Source: Ascidiella aspersa (taxonomy: Eukaryota). Taken from it: 64,000 nt of DNA. The stretch is from assembly GCA_963924565.1 (NCBI GenBank), contig OZ004608.1:11160001-11224000 (forward strand), in the 5' to 3' direction. The position numbers were made by a program, and so were the translations under genes. Positions 1 to 13,158 of the stretch are shown in pieces; position 1 is the stretch's first letter, and each line of letters opens with the position of its first letter. The notes below the pieces were generated by a model that saw only the letters and a program-made list of their open reading frames with translations, was not told where the DNA came from and did not search any database.

Positions 1-3000
1 TTGTGGCGAACCGAAGCTGGCTTTCACGGTATTTTACAAAGATAAAGTCGTGTAAAAAGTGGGTCCGAACACAGAAGAAAGCAATAACATTTACGCGAAG
101 CGGGCGCATTAAATCTTCGCCCGATGTCGCAATTAGGATGGCGCGAAACAACGGCCCGTTCCTTGCCGTCGCCACCTGTCCACATACAAATGTGACTAAG
201 ATAAACCAAACACCCCAAAGCAAAGCGCGCCATTATGTCGTCACAAAGCGCAAACAAACAGCGCGGGCGCGACAAAAACCGGGAGCGCGCTATTTTTCCT
301 TAAGTGCTTGCGCGAGCCGCATTTTTACCGCCCCTCCCCTCAGTCGATGTCGCTTTAATTGAGTTTCAATGTAGGCCGGGCACCGTACACCCGCACCAGC
401 TGCTGACTGCGAGACTAAAACTAACTCCGCGTATTGTTTGCGCCACTTCGCACCTTTCGGGGGTAAACAGGGTAAATAGTTTGTGCCCCAGGGCCGCGCG
501 CGATCGTTTGTCGTGCGATCCGGGAGCCCCAGGACCCTTCGTTGGGGGCACGGGGTCCCCAATGCCAAAGGTGCGAGGTGACCGGCTTCTGGTGGCTTCA
601 GGTTACTTTAGCTGCGGCTTTGCAACAGGAAGACGAGTTTTCCCGACGTCAGTTGTGGCGGTGCGACAGATGACGATGCACTTAGGCGAGGAATTCGTGG
701 CGCAAATGCCATCTGTCAAGGTTTTATGCGTGCCAAGCGCTGTTAAACATTTAACTATGTTATTTGTTTTGGGTTTAATCGCGTGTATAGGTTTGACTTG
801 ATTAGTTATCTTTACGTGGCTTGAGAGCAACGCAAGAAATGTAAATTTTAGCGGGATTTTAACTTTTTGTTTTTCAGCACAAACTTAAACATGTCAACCT
901 GTGTTTCACACTAAACGTTTTAGATTAGATAAAGGTCGTGTCGAGAAGAACTTATGGCTTTATTAATGCGGTTAAAACCTAACAAAATTCATCAAATGCA
1001 CACCTAGCCTTGAAGACCTCGCTATATAGTTAAATAGGGACAAGCTTGTCACACACATGATGAACCACTTTGAAATCGCCGTACGTTTTCCAGTAGTTTT
1101 GAAAAAGTATACTTTATTCCAGTATAAACATTTAGGTTGTGGTATGTCGTGAATTAACGACAGTCGGCAATCAAGGGCCCAGACATTCCTATCCATAAAG
1201 CCATTCAACGTTTCTTAAATTCATTCATCCCGGCGCGAACCCCTTAAATCAATTTTGATACAACAGCTTGAAGAACAAACTCCCTTCTCATAAATAATCG
1301 GGTCCGCACCGTAAGCCCTTGTCGCTCTGACGAGAGATGAAGAGAGTGAGCACAAACTCCAAAAAAACTCAAAAACAAGCGATCAATCCTGGATAGATGA
1401 CGGATCTCTGTCCAAGCAGACGTGCCCGATCCGGGGTCCGCCATCTTGAACAGCGAGGCTTAATGAAAACTAATGCGCGACTAATGACACCGTCGCTTGT
1501 TTTTTTTCTCTCGCGCGCGGTAATGCCGACTAATAGGACCCCGCCGGCCGTGAAATGTTTGTCAATGAAGCGCGCGCGTCCATCACTTGTGACGTAACAC
1601 GCGGGCGACCGCGTTGCGTCGTCCAGTCGCGTTGTTTATCGCGCCTGCGATGCATCAAATTAAGTTTAACGCGAAAGTACCGCGTTGGGATGGCGGCTTG
1701 TGCTTTGGCGTAATGCGACCAGAACGGACAAATGACCGCAAGGCTTCTGCTGCCGTGACCAGTTTCGTGATGGACGATCGGACATGGCTTGGACAATTAT
1801 TATTGGACCGTGTTGACCTTGCTTGCGTCCAGGCGCCTCGACTTCAAAATGCGGCCGACTTGTTTTAATTCAAGCCTAATTAACTGAGCGGTCGGTTTTG
1901 GACAGTGCCCATCGTCAAGGCGCCGCAGTGGAGTTGGACCGTTCGAAAACAAGATATTCACCCGGTATCTTTCTATATGTATATGTGCTGTCGCTAAAAT
2001 AATTTTTGAAAAAACACGGAGGTTGTTTAGTGTTTTGTCTTAGCTTCCAACTTTACGATAATGAGAACGGAAACTATTATTAGGTTAAGGACGCCGAAAA
2101 TAAACATAATTATAAATGACCCCAACCCGTGGTTTTTTACTTTTTACTATAGCAACAGAAAGGTTCAAGTTAGCATTTGTGCTCACATATCTGAAAACCC
2201 CATTAAGTAAAGATTTTTGTGAAAGGTAAAGTGAAAGTTAGCTTTAAACCAAAAATAACCATTTTATTGTAAAATTAAAGGTTAAAAACAATTTAAGACC
2301 AAAAAATATTTCAACTTAATTTCATTAATTTTTAAAAAAACGTTACATATACTGTTTTGTAATTACAAACCAATTTTTTTTTAAATGTATCTATATTTCA
2401 GTTAAGGCGTATTTACTTACATCTTACCAAAATGGGTGTATAGTAATAAACGCTATGCTGGAACAAAAATGTAGGAGAGAAAGTAAAACAACTTAAGCCA
2501 TGTAATTTAACAGGGTTTCAGCTCTTAAAATCAGTTACAACTATTTAAAATATTATTTTCAGTGTTCATCGTTGTATGAAGTAAAACCCGTAATTTGTTG
2601 TGAAAAACTGTTTTCCCAAAACAGTTACTTCCCTTAAACCAAGTGCGAAATTCGATAAACTTCGGCTTGTCGAGATTTATTTAAATTAAGTTACCTCAAT
2701 TATTACGCTATATAAAGCAACCAGGATCTTTAGTTTTAACATCTACCCCAAAAGTGATGCAACATAACGTGACGCACTAAATACGTTTATGCGTACCGTA
2801 TACCAAAGTGTATTGTCCAATATCCGTATACGCACTGTACAATCATCCGAGAATTTGATAGTTGGCGGGTCTGGTGGCGAAAAATGCGTTCGCCGTGCGG
2901 CAAAAATAGACTCCTTCCGGGAGTCGTGAGAATTTTTGCTCCTGATCCCTTAAACGGTGCTTTGCTGAAGGGTGGGATTTGCCCGACTTAGAACAGGGCC

Positions 3001-4044
3001 GCTCATGGTGGGTGTTTTAAATCGGCAGATTCGCGCCTTTTGCTGCAAACCGAGGAAGGATGTTGGGAGATGTTTCGGTTAACTTTTATGTCAGCAATTC
3101 GAGGAAACGCAGACTAATGACCTATATACCCGTTTGAAAACTTTTTAATTTTGCCAAGTTTAGGCACTGACGAAATCTTTAGCAGTTTGCGAAAACTATA
3201 GGATGTTAAACGTATATCCATCTCTTTCATTATTTCACGATTAAACATAAACTTTCTTGTTTAAAATATGCTTTAAAGATTTGTTCAGGTTTCCTTTTTT
3301 ACAGGTGAACAACTAAATTAACATTCAATTACAAACACTGACAAAACAGATTGTCTATTTCATAAAACGCCAGTCCCCAAATGCCCAATCATAATTATGA
3401 TTGGTTTGAGAACATTTAAAAGAAATAAAAAAACTCGCAAACCAATTTTCAACTCTTCGGCGTTTCCTGGAGAGAGGCAAATGTACCCTCATGCCCTCCC
3501 AGCCCTTCCCAGCCCTTCCCAGCCGGATCCCTGCTTTTATTCCTATACGCAAACGTGCAAGTTCAGCCCACCGTCCGGGCCCGGCTCGGAGCGCAGGTGG
3601 CAATTTGGCGTCGTGTTGTTCGACATGTGTCAATTTCGGTCCGGGCCCCGAAGCCTGGGAAACGCGAATTAAGGGATGAATTTGGACAACTCGGATTCCG
3701 CGGCACTGCGGACCACACATGAGCCCGGGCTGTTCTCATTGTCAGGGCCTACGGGGCCTTGGCGTTTGTTTGTTGTCACGAAAGCGCACCGATTGCCAGA
3801 GCTGGTGATTGTCGCTCGCGCGGCTGCAATTACTTTCCCCGAAAGCGCGTCCGATTGAGTTCCAGCCACCCGGAAACGCGCCCCTCGTGCTTTAGATAAA
3901 CTTGAGCGCAGCATTGATGCTGCGCGAGCTCTGCATTTTTTCTGGGTTGCTGATTCTTCTCAATGCCTCGTTTTAAAGTTTTAATATGCCCGTACAAGTT
4001 TATAAGTACGCCCGACCTGTGGCAAATTTAAAATTCATGTAAAA

Positions 4045-4245
4045 CAGGGTTGTCCAACTCGAACACACCAGGTATATGTGAATGCTAGCCTTCATTACAG
4101 TATATTATCAGAAGCAATTGTTAATTACCATAATTGCTGCGATTTTAGTATTTTTTTTACAATTGGCTGAATAACAAATTTAGTATTTAGGGGGAAATAG
4201 CGTGCCATTTTTATAAGGTCGCGTGCCGCGTGTTGGACATCCCTG
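4045..4245. mobile_element. hAT-type MITE
   Basis: TIRs CAGGGTTGTCCAAC / GTTGGACATCCCTG; TSD not preserved. Confidence 0.7.
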
Positions 4246-4764
4246 AAGTCAAGAGATTGAAACAATAGATGACAGCGAAAAAAAAAATAAAAAAAATAAT
4301 CATAATAATACTGAAGCAGGTTGTACGAAAGCTGATGTTATTTAAAACAAAATATTGTTTATCAACAGTGCCAAAAGATTTTTAGCTTTTAAGACGAAAA
4401 ACACTGTTTTCAACTATAATGCCAAATAACGAATTGTTTGAGGTAATGCGCTCCATCAAAAGGAAAAAAACAAAACACACTAACTCGTCAACATGTTTTA
4501 ACAACATCACCCCCAGGATGATTATATCGCTTGCACTCTGTCTATGTCGCAACGATTGTGCAATATGATCGGTTTGGGCGCGTCATTTCGATTTTTTATT
4601 TATCTGGAGGTTGTAGCAACATATATGGAGACTCGTGGACTTGCTTCTCGGGCGTGATTTATTCGTGAACACGTGTAGAAAAGCCGCAGAGGGTCTGTAT
4701 TCATGTAAAGTTTGACGAAAATTACGGTTATTTATCGATGCAGGGGACTGCGGTTAGAGGGCGT

Positions 4765-5170
4765 TCCCCTGTTTGTCAGCAAAACTGTCGACGCCAGGAT
4801 TCCGATTTCTCAATAATATGGTGAAATAAAATAATTTCTTACAGCTGGCAATGCAGTCTATCTTCTGTTTGTCAACATTTATTAAGTAAAAAAACAATTT
4901 TTTTCCTATTGGCGAATATTCGAAATCTTTGAGCCTGTTGCTTGATATTTTCAGTAAATAGAATAAAATGAATTCCCTGTTTGTCAAAAGAACGGTCGAC
5001 GCCAGTATTCTGAATTTTGAATAATATGGTAAAATAAAATTAATGTCCTAAAGCTAACAAAGTATAGTCCAAGCCTCGTGAACTGTAAATATTTATGCAT
5101 TGTCCTTTTGTCACTATCTTCTGTTTGTCAACATTTATTAAACAAAACACAATATTTTTCGTATTGGGAA
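4765..5170. repeat. Local tandem duplication (~210-bp unit, 2 diverged copies)
   Basis: TTCCCTGTTTGTCA...GTCGACGCCAG...AATAATATGGT.AAATAAAAT and CTATCTTCTGTTTGTCAACATTTATTAA each occur twice in order. Confidence 0.75.
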
Positions 5171-5246
5171 ATCCTTAATTTTTTTTTAAATAAAAAAAAA
5201 TAAAAATATATATATATATTTCCCCTGTGCTTGCTATTTCCTAATC

Positions 5247-5583
5247 AACCCTTTAAACTGGGGTCCATGGACCCCTTTGGAGTACGTGAACTCGTTTTAA
5301 GGAACCCTGAAGCCTAATTAAAAGATTAGCGTATATTTTAAGAAGAAATCAACTTTTCAAAGAAAAGGCTTTAATTTAAAAAATAAAACATTTTTGCATT
5401 GAATCTATTCTGACTCAATTTTACTTTCACATTTTTTAGACCCAAAACAGAAGATTTTTAAAACTCATTTATAATGTGACGTTAATTTATGACGTAATCG
5501 CTAAAATTTTCTTCCCTAAAGTGGTCCATGCATCGCAAAAAAAGTCTTTAGGGGCCGCGGAAAAAAAAGTTTAAGAACCCCTG
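5247..5583. mobile_element. Degraded hAT-type MITE
   Basis: Left AAACTGGGGTCCATGGACCCC and right GGGGCCGCGG...GTTTAAGAACCCCTG ends typical of Charlie-like MITEs; left TIR decayed. Confidence 0.55.
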
Positions 5584-6185
5584 TACTAAACTAAATAGAA
5601 TAAATTATCGGAATAAAATCCATGTAAAAATCTTCATCGATATGCATTAAAACCATAAAACGACTTGTAGACTAATCGGTTTACACATTTATACTCACTC
5701 GACCCGCATCCTTTATTTGCTGACATGATGAACCTAAAGACCCCAAGCATCGATTCAAATTCGAATTAGTGGGCGTACGCATATATATTCATCATGGCGA
5801 AATTTACAGCCGTATGCAATTCCGTGATTGGTCGCCTAAAACCGCAATCGCTTGTGCACACTTTCTAGTTCCTTTACAAGCGCCATAACGACACTTTCCG
5901 CACACGTAAGGGGTGACGAACACGCCAGTTGCATTGCGAACATCATCGCGGACAAATAGGTCTTTTACTGTATCCAAGTTGTTCTTATCGTCAAAACAAG
6001 GCAAAGTACACCCAGACCAACTTGTTCAGCGCCAAGATATTTGCCAAATCATCTTTCCGACTTCCGGGCAAACATTTCTGCTATGTCGTGGCATTTTTTC
6101 ATTTGTATTTTGTTGACAAAGCAGTTTTCACAGTTTGCCTCAAATTAAAATATTTGCTTCGTTAGACCAAGTTGAAAGTCGGACT

Positions 6186-6432
6186 CAGTGATTGTCAACC
6201 TTTTATGAATAGTGGACTCTTCCATGGGCTCTCAACAATTTGTGACCCCCTCGTTAACTTTTCAGACAAATGTGTCACAGAACGTCACTAATATAGGTGG
6301 TCTGCGAAAGTTATAATGAAAACCACAAATTGGAGTTTAACTGACTAAAAATTAAAACTTTATATCATCGCGGTCCCCAGACGACTGCTCCATGGCCCCA
6401 GAGAGACGGTGGACACTGGTTGAGAAACCCTG
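6186..6432. mobile_element. hAT-type MITE
   Basis: Imperfect TIRs CAGTGATTGTCAACC / GGTTGAGAAACCCTG. Confidence 0.6.
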
Positions 6433-8786
6433 GTAACTGTTCACAAGTAATGTTTAGTGTGGCAGTATTAACTGGTGTCAACAATAACAAAAAAAGTTAT
6501 TTTGACTTGGTTTGTTTATCAAACAAAAGCTTGTACAAGATTTTTTGAAACAGCATAGTCGCAACTCGCAACTGTAGTTTATAAACCGTGCGCACGTTAT
6601 TAGCTGTGTCTCAATGGCGGCGATGCCAAGTATTTTAAGTATATTTGTGTGTGAAGTGAATACAACGTGTGTGCACATGAAAGATACATCGATAGTATAA
6701 ATTTTAAAAATTAAGTAACACTCGTTGATCCAGAAAATGAACCGGGTCCATCCTTTGTATTGGTATATATGAGGATTAAAACGTTTTTTTGTGTAAAAAA
6801 TCCGAAACAAATTTTGACCTGATAGGCAATGGGGCGCTTATAAATATTTATTTGCTTGTATGTGTAATAAAAATATTTTTTTTCGTTTGGTTCTTTCGAG
6901 AAAATGCGCACTATTTTAAAAGCGGAATTCTCGGCTAATTTAATTATCATCCCAATAAAACTTGGCACGGGAACTGTTTTAGAAAATTATTATTTTAATT
7001 TTCAAACTATATATTTTTGAACGTCCGAATGTTTCTCGTAATATAATGCCGATTCCTCCAGTAATTGCAATCATTTATTTTTGACAAAAAACTTGGGAGT
7101 TGACTGTAGACTGCACGTAGTTCAACCAATTACCCCAGTCACACAGAATTAGTAGCGCAAGACATGAGATTCCAGGAGTAAGTGTACTTGGTCACAAAGT
7201 CTTATTGACAGCACTTATAAAGCGGATCAATTGGTCCTTTATATTGAGGTTTTGGCATCCGGGCAAATTCACATTTGAACCATTCCGTTGATCGATTTGT
7301 TCCAGCGTTTTACCAGTCAATTTATAAGGCCTTAATATAAGATGAAAAATGGTAGCTGTACACGTTTAAAATACTATGAAAACCCTGGTTAGATATTGTG
7401 CAGAAGTAGTTAGCAAACTCGTTAGGAGACAACATTGTTTTTCTGTCCTTGTTTTTGGGTAATCATCATAGACTATTCACTGCAAACACATAAATATGAA
7501 GTGTCGCTCGTGTTTTGATGTCTTGTTTGTCGAGTCTCGCCGTGTCGGTTAAATGGCGGCCGATCAAATATCCTGGCGAAAGTGCGCTTAACAGCACTTC
7601 AGCAAAAAGAGTACACCGGCAGCATGTGTAACCTGTATACACGGTGCTCTGTCGGTCGGATATTATGCGCAGTCGTAATTCCTCATCAAAGGAGCTCCCC
7701 GCTAAACTAACGTTTGCAAGCGCGGCGGCTAAAATAACCTTTTAAAGTTTTACGACTGCGGTGAAACAGTTACGTCAGTAGGGCACTCATCGTCTGACGC
7801 GATTTATTTGGGGGCGTCTTTCTCTTTAGAGCTGGAAGCCGCTGTTTAATTACTTAAAGGAACATTAAATTACATTTATTTTGTTACAGGAAGAAAAAGA
7901 AAAACAACAAAGACACAGATTTAACACTGATTTTGCAACACGTTTAGAATTGTTTGTCAAGAAAGTTGCGTTACAGAGACAATCACAAAATCAATAAAAT
8001 TTGTGAAATCTCGTCGATTATTATTTTAAAAAAATTTAAATTTAATTTGGGCCTTTATCGATGCACAATCGTACTTAACTTGCCCTGCACCGAAAGACAT
8101 TCGTCTTTTCTGCAGTTAGACATTTTTTAATTTTCCAGGTTCTTAGGCGTATTCCGTTAGAATGTATTGAGCAGAAAAAAGAAACGTGTGAATAGAGAAT
8201 GGCTATTTGCCTAAATAGCTGTAACGTTAAAAATAGAACACTTAGAGGACCCTAAAACATAAATTCGATTTTTGTTCTCGCGGTGTCAGAGTAGAACCTA
8301 AAATAGAAAATGTTAAGTGACGAATTGGCCGGCAATATAACACCGCGAACCTTTATTATTAATTCGCTGTACGAAAAAAGAAGATTTTCGACGCGTCTGC
8401 CGGACGATTTTATTTCCTCGAGATCTGCAGGACGAGAAAGTCGCGCGTTTCTCGAAACCGTCGCAATATCACCGACCGCGGAATACACACGAACGGGGCA
8501 ATATCGCGTGCATTCCTTTTAACGAGCAAAAAATCGACACACCACCTCAAAGCGGGCCGCCGAAAGCGTGCGCGGTAAATCGTGCTCGCGCAGCACAAAT
8601 ACGCTGGCGGGCCGCGATCGTAAATTACCGACTTATTAAGGCGGCGGCGTCGGCCTCACGTTGCCCCAGCGTAAATGTTTTGCCAGGCAACGGATCACCG
8701 CACCAAAAGCCTTCGCTGCTTGCCTAGTGCCAGCGATTCGCATTCGTCGGGTCGTTTGATGCTCGGCGTTAATTGTAACCGCTCGC

Positions 8787-8826
8787 GTATATATATGTAT
8801 ATATATATGTGTGTGTGTGTGTGTGT
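8787..8826. repeat. Compound (TA)n(TG)n microsatellite
   Basis: gtatatatatgtatatatatatgtgtgtgtgtgtgtgtgt seen directly. Confidence 0.9.
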
Positions 8827-9260
8827 CTTCGTGTATGAGTGTGGTAGTTTGGTTGACAGCACGGTCAGGATAACCGGCTTTGAACAGCTTGGAGCCCCCC
8901 CTAAAGGCCAATTGCGTATAGGAGAAATGCTTGCTTCCAATGCGCTTTTGCGTTCACCGATTTAATTTTATGGTTATCGCATGGGCTCAAAAGGACAAAA
9001 TCACATAACAGGGAAGTGGTTCGTTAAGAGGCATATGTGGATAAATTCGTCTGACGTTTGCAGCCCACCCACAATAAGCTGCATAAGTGCTACTAAAGTC
9101 GCTGCTATTTGCTTTGTATTAGTTAAACTTTCTTAGCCTTTTTTGTTTTTTGGTAAAGTTTTTTTGCTTTTACTGCAATTTGTATAGATTTTCTGAGAGT
9201 AGCTATCTCAATATAATAGAAATATTTTATGAATCGTTATTTTAAATTGTGGGCGGAAAC

Positions 9261-9613
9261 CATTGCTTCTCAACCTTTTTTAGTTCGCGACCACTTTTAT
9301 TGCCAGTTTTATTGTGCGACCCACAATGAGATAATACAATACATAAAACCTGCATCTTTTCTACTGGCGTACGTGCTGAAATAGATAATGCGACATAATA
9401 CTACTAATTCTTTTTATTTATTACAATGTTGCATAAATGTTACGTAATGATAATGCAATAATTTCACCTAATAGAAAACAGTAACATTTAGAAATACTTC
9501 GTCATTTTGTGCTGTTATATATAGAGGTAGTTTTATCATATCATGAGACAAGGGTGAATGAAATCTGGAGATAGACGCTAGGGGTGAACAAAACTAAAAA
9601 AGTTGAAGCACTG
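9261..9613. mobile_element. Composite MITE remnant made of parts of two families
   Basis: 9261-9450 is the reverse complement of the right part of the 18104-18411 element; 9530-9613 is the reverse complement of the left end of the 40498-40724 element. Confidence 0.7.
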
Positions 9614-12600
9614 ATTTAAAGCACTCTATCCCGGCACATGGCCAATCACGTGGCAATACAACGCTGACACGGGACTGGCGTCAGAGGAAGCCGAGGAGCT
9701 ATCTTATTGCGGTTAACGCCGCCACTGTTCGTTTCCACCTTCGCCGAATGTTTCCGGACGCCCGGCGTAAAACATGTGCCCGAGGCGCGTGTACAGGCGA
9801 TCGGTCGATGTTCGACAAGCTCTGGAGTTGTGCGCGGGTGATAGCGGCCGTGTTGGTGGACGTGACATCACAGGACGCTGCCTTTACGGGTGTAATGGTA
9901 GTTGTAGCGCGCAAAGGCGAATCAATGACCCCTATGTGCTGGCCCGAAGCGGCACCGGGGAAAGGCGACAGTCCGAAGGTTTGTTCTCGCCAGAGTTCGG
10001 GTTTGTTTAAGTTCACCCGACTTCCCTTCGGTCTTCCGCCCCAGCCGTGTCCCGATTTATCGCCCCCTTTGCCCTTTCACCTGATTTCCCGTGAACACTT
10101 TGATTGCGTTTGATATCAAGCCTCGATTTCCTCTTTCGCGTAATACCAAACTAATACTATTGGCCTGTTGTTTTTCTGTGGAAGAAAGTGAGCCGAGTGT
10201 GAAACAAACCTTGGCCCCAGGATGTATAGTTCGTGGCTCTATTTATTTTTTGTCAATTTTTTACGCTTTATTTATTCATTTTTTAGGAGCCCTATTTAAA
10301 GTATTTTTATTAAGGTGAAGTTAAAATCTTTAGAATTTTAGTTGTCGGGTTTAAGAAATAAAGACTTTGTAAAGTTATTAAACGAAAACTAGTTTTCTCC
10401 CTTGTCAAGAAATCAAAATGGCGGTTCGAAATTGGCCTAATCCGGAACGACTATATATAGTTGAAAGCACACCGCAGTAAAATGCTGAATTGTCAATTGA
10501 AAAAAAAACATATTTCTGCTGTCCTCAGGGTCGAAACTGTTTCGCGGCTTTAAGCTGTTTTCGCGGCATTAAACTTGTCAAAATACTGCGAAAATACATT
10601 TTTTGTGCTCATAAGATAGCTCCGAAAACAGTATTTCTCCGAGTTCCAGAAATTCCACCGGTCCAAAGTCGGTGGCGCGCATAGCGATGCAAAAGCATCT
10701 GGCGCGGCATCACGATATCCAAAGAGAAACATTTGGCGAGCGCGAGTGTGTCGATTCCAGGGTTCGGCGACCAGCAGACAATCGTCGCGTTTCGGCGGCC
10801 CGCCTATCGCCTTACAGCGCCCATTGACGAAGGCAGCGCGGCTTTCAAGTGGCCACTTTGTTCAACAGAGTAGTGTCATTACAAACGCCGAGGGTTTTTG
10901 ACACCTTCCCTCTGTGCGCCGTTGTGCCCGAGCCTGTGGGCGCAGACGACCGTCCTTTGTAACCCGCCACTGGGCAATTACCCGGCCAGGCTTGGGTGAC
11001 ATGTACATCTCTATATGTGTGCGCGTTGGACATATCCCGGGCCGGCTCCTGTGTGTGGGTTTCGGATCGTTATATTTGCCCAACCGCGCGTCCCTTTCCG
11101 GTCCTGAACTGACCAGAGCGACTGGCGTTCGATAAATACGCCAGAGGCTTAAAGCCCCCTTTGCCCCCCGGCCACCCCCAAAAGCGCCGATTGACGCCGC
11201 TTGTGCGGCGATGGACTTGCCCCCGGGGTGTCACCTTACCCCCTGGCCGTTGACCTTTTCCGACCCTTCGCGTCCCTTGTCGCTTTTTAACTACGTCCTA
11301 GACGCCCCTTTATTACTAAGCAATGGATGTGCTGGGAACGTAAAGGTTTTGACCAAGAGAGTTAACTATAATTGCCTTACATTATATTTTGTGGAAAAGA
11401 GGCAAATATCTGCGCAAAAATAAACTATAGTGGGCAGATCAAACAGTGCGTGCTATGGGCCAGAAGTTAAAAAGGATTTTTTTAACTAAAGCGGTGGTTA
11501 AAAGGTTTTTGCGCACATGTGAAATGTGCTTGAAAGGAATATTCAGCTGATTAATTGAGCGCGCTTGTCAAGGGAACTGATCGGAATCTCCGTGGGTTAA
11601 CGACGGTCCCGTTTAACGGGTCAATTGTTCGAGAGTACAAAAACAAAATTGTCCGGCAGCATTATGTTACTCTAAGAAAGAAAATATTCAACAATAGAAT
11701 GTATAAAAATTGAGATTTTTTCTATATCTAAAGATTCAAAGAATTGCGAACTTACACAAAATATAGTACTTTGTTGAAATTACACAGGTCATTGTCCAAT
11801 ATTTTTATTGCCATTCTTGCGGTAAAGCTATATTCTCCTATCCATTTTAATTGATCCTTTTCCAAAGGTACTGCAACTTAAAGCTTCCAAAGTATATTTA
11901 TGGGCACTTCAAACTGGGCGTGGAATTAGGTTTGGTCGCCGAAATGAGACAAAATAAAGACAAAACCAATGCCAAACTCACCCTATATATCCCTATATTG
12001 ACGTTACAGGCAATTTGATTTGTTTTGAAAATTGAACGAACGCGGCCACGAATAATAACATTGACCCGTAGACTTTGACTTTGATTGATTAGTTCACTGG
12101 ACAAGGGACCCTTTTTATGGACTCAAATGGGTTCGGTTTATATCTGAAATATATTGCTGCTAATAGTGTATATGCTATAGTTTGTAACCGAGTGTAGCTT
12201 CGTAACTTTTGCTGACGGTAAAATTAAAAAAAATATCTGATTTTTTTTTGTAAATCGTACAAGAGAAATACCACAACAAAAAAAATTAAACATAATTAGG
12301 AAGCGTATACTGTAGGTTGACCTGGTCATATACATAATATTTAATTTAAAGAAGAAATTCAAAGAGCATAATTACGGTTGTACTTTAATTGTAACAATGT
12401 GTGGTTAATACTTTAAATACTTTGCGCATAGCCCAAGTTGTAAGTTTTCCGAACTTTTTTTAGAAGAAAAATCCCTTCAAATAGAAATTTTAGCATACAT
12501 TCATTTATTTAGAAGAGATTGAATTCACGAGTTTTAACGGCAGGTGGGTGGTATAAAATCAGATGCTTTCGTAACTACCATTTATACGCTGCCAAAGGGT

Positions 12601-13023
12601 CAGAAATTTTAGCCGTAATGGGCATAACAAAAAAGCTAAATGAAAAGGCAAAAAAGGGCACGAAAACGGATACGGTAAAAACGAATTATCTATCCTAAAT
12701 TGAAGTGACCAGGGTGAAGGCTGCCGGCCGGTCGGAGTCGGCTTTCGGCGAAGGCCAAACAGGCCAAACAAAATGAATCCGGCGAAGTCAGTGAACCCTC
12801 GCAAAGCCGATCCAGCATTCTTGTTGCAAGGTACGAGTCCGGACTGTCGTTGCTGATGCCACGTTTACTCAGTCGTGTTTTGCCTTGCCGCTTTGGGTTT
12901 CCGCACCGCGACTTGGACTTGCGACGCGTCTGCTTTGCGGCCAGTTGAAGAGGCGTTTCGAAAATCAGTCGAATATACGTTCTTTAACTCTAAATATGCT
13001 GTTTGCTATACCAGATAAAGTAC

Positions 13024-13158
13024 ACTAAAAAGAAGCTCTTTCGGTACCTGTTTATTTTATTTGACGTTTCGGCTACCTATATATACAGGATGCCGTTAGG
13101 GTTAGGGAATGCGAAACGTCGTATAAAATAAATAGGTATCGGAAGAGCTTTTTTAGTA
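13024..13158. repeat. Foldback/palindromic element with TTAGGG repeats in the loop
   Basis: ~45-bp imperfect inverted arms (AAGCTCTTTCGGTACCTG..TTATTTTAT..GACGTTTCG / CGAAACGTC..ATAAAATAA..AGGTATCGGAAGAGCTT) flanking GTTAGGGTTAGGG. Confidence 0.7.

Noticed and set aside
3-801. 119-aa and 165-aa ORFs at the window start
   Set aside because: Non-ATG starts and Arg/Pro/Ala-rich composition typical of GC-rich non-coding DNA; no domain or splice support.
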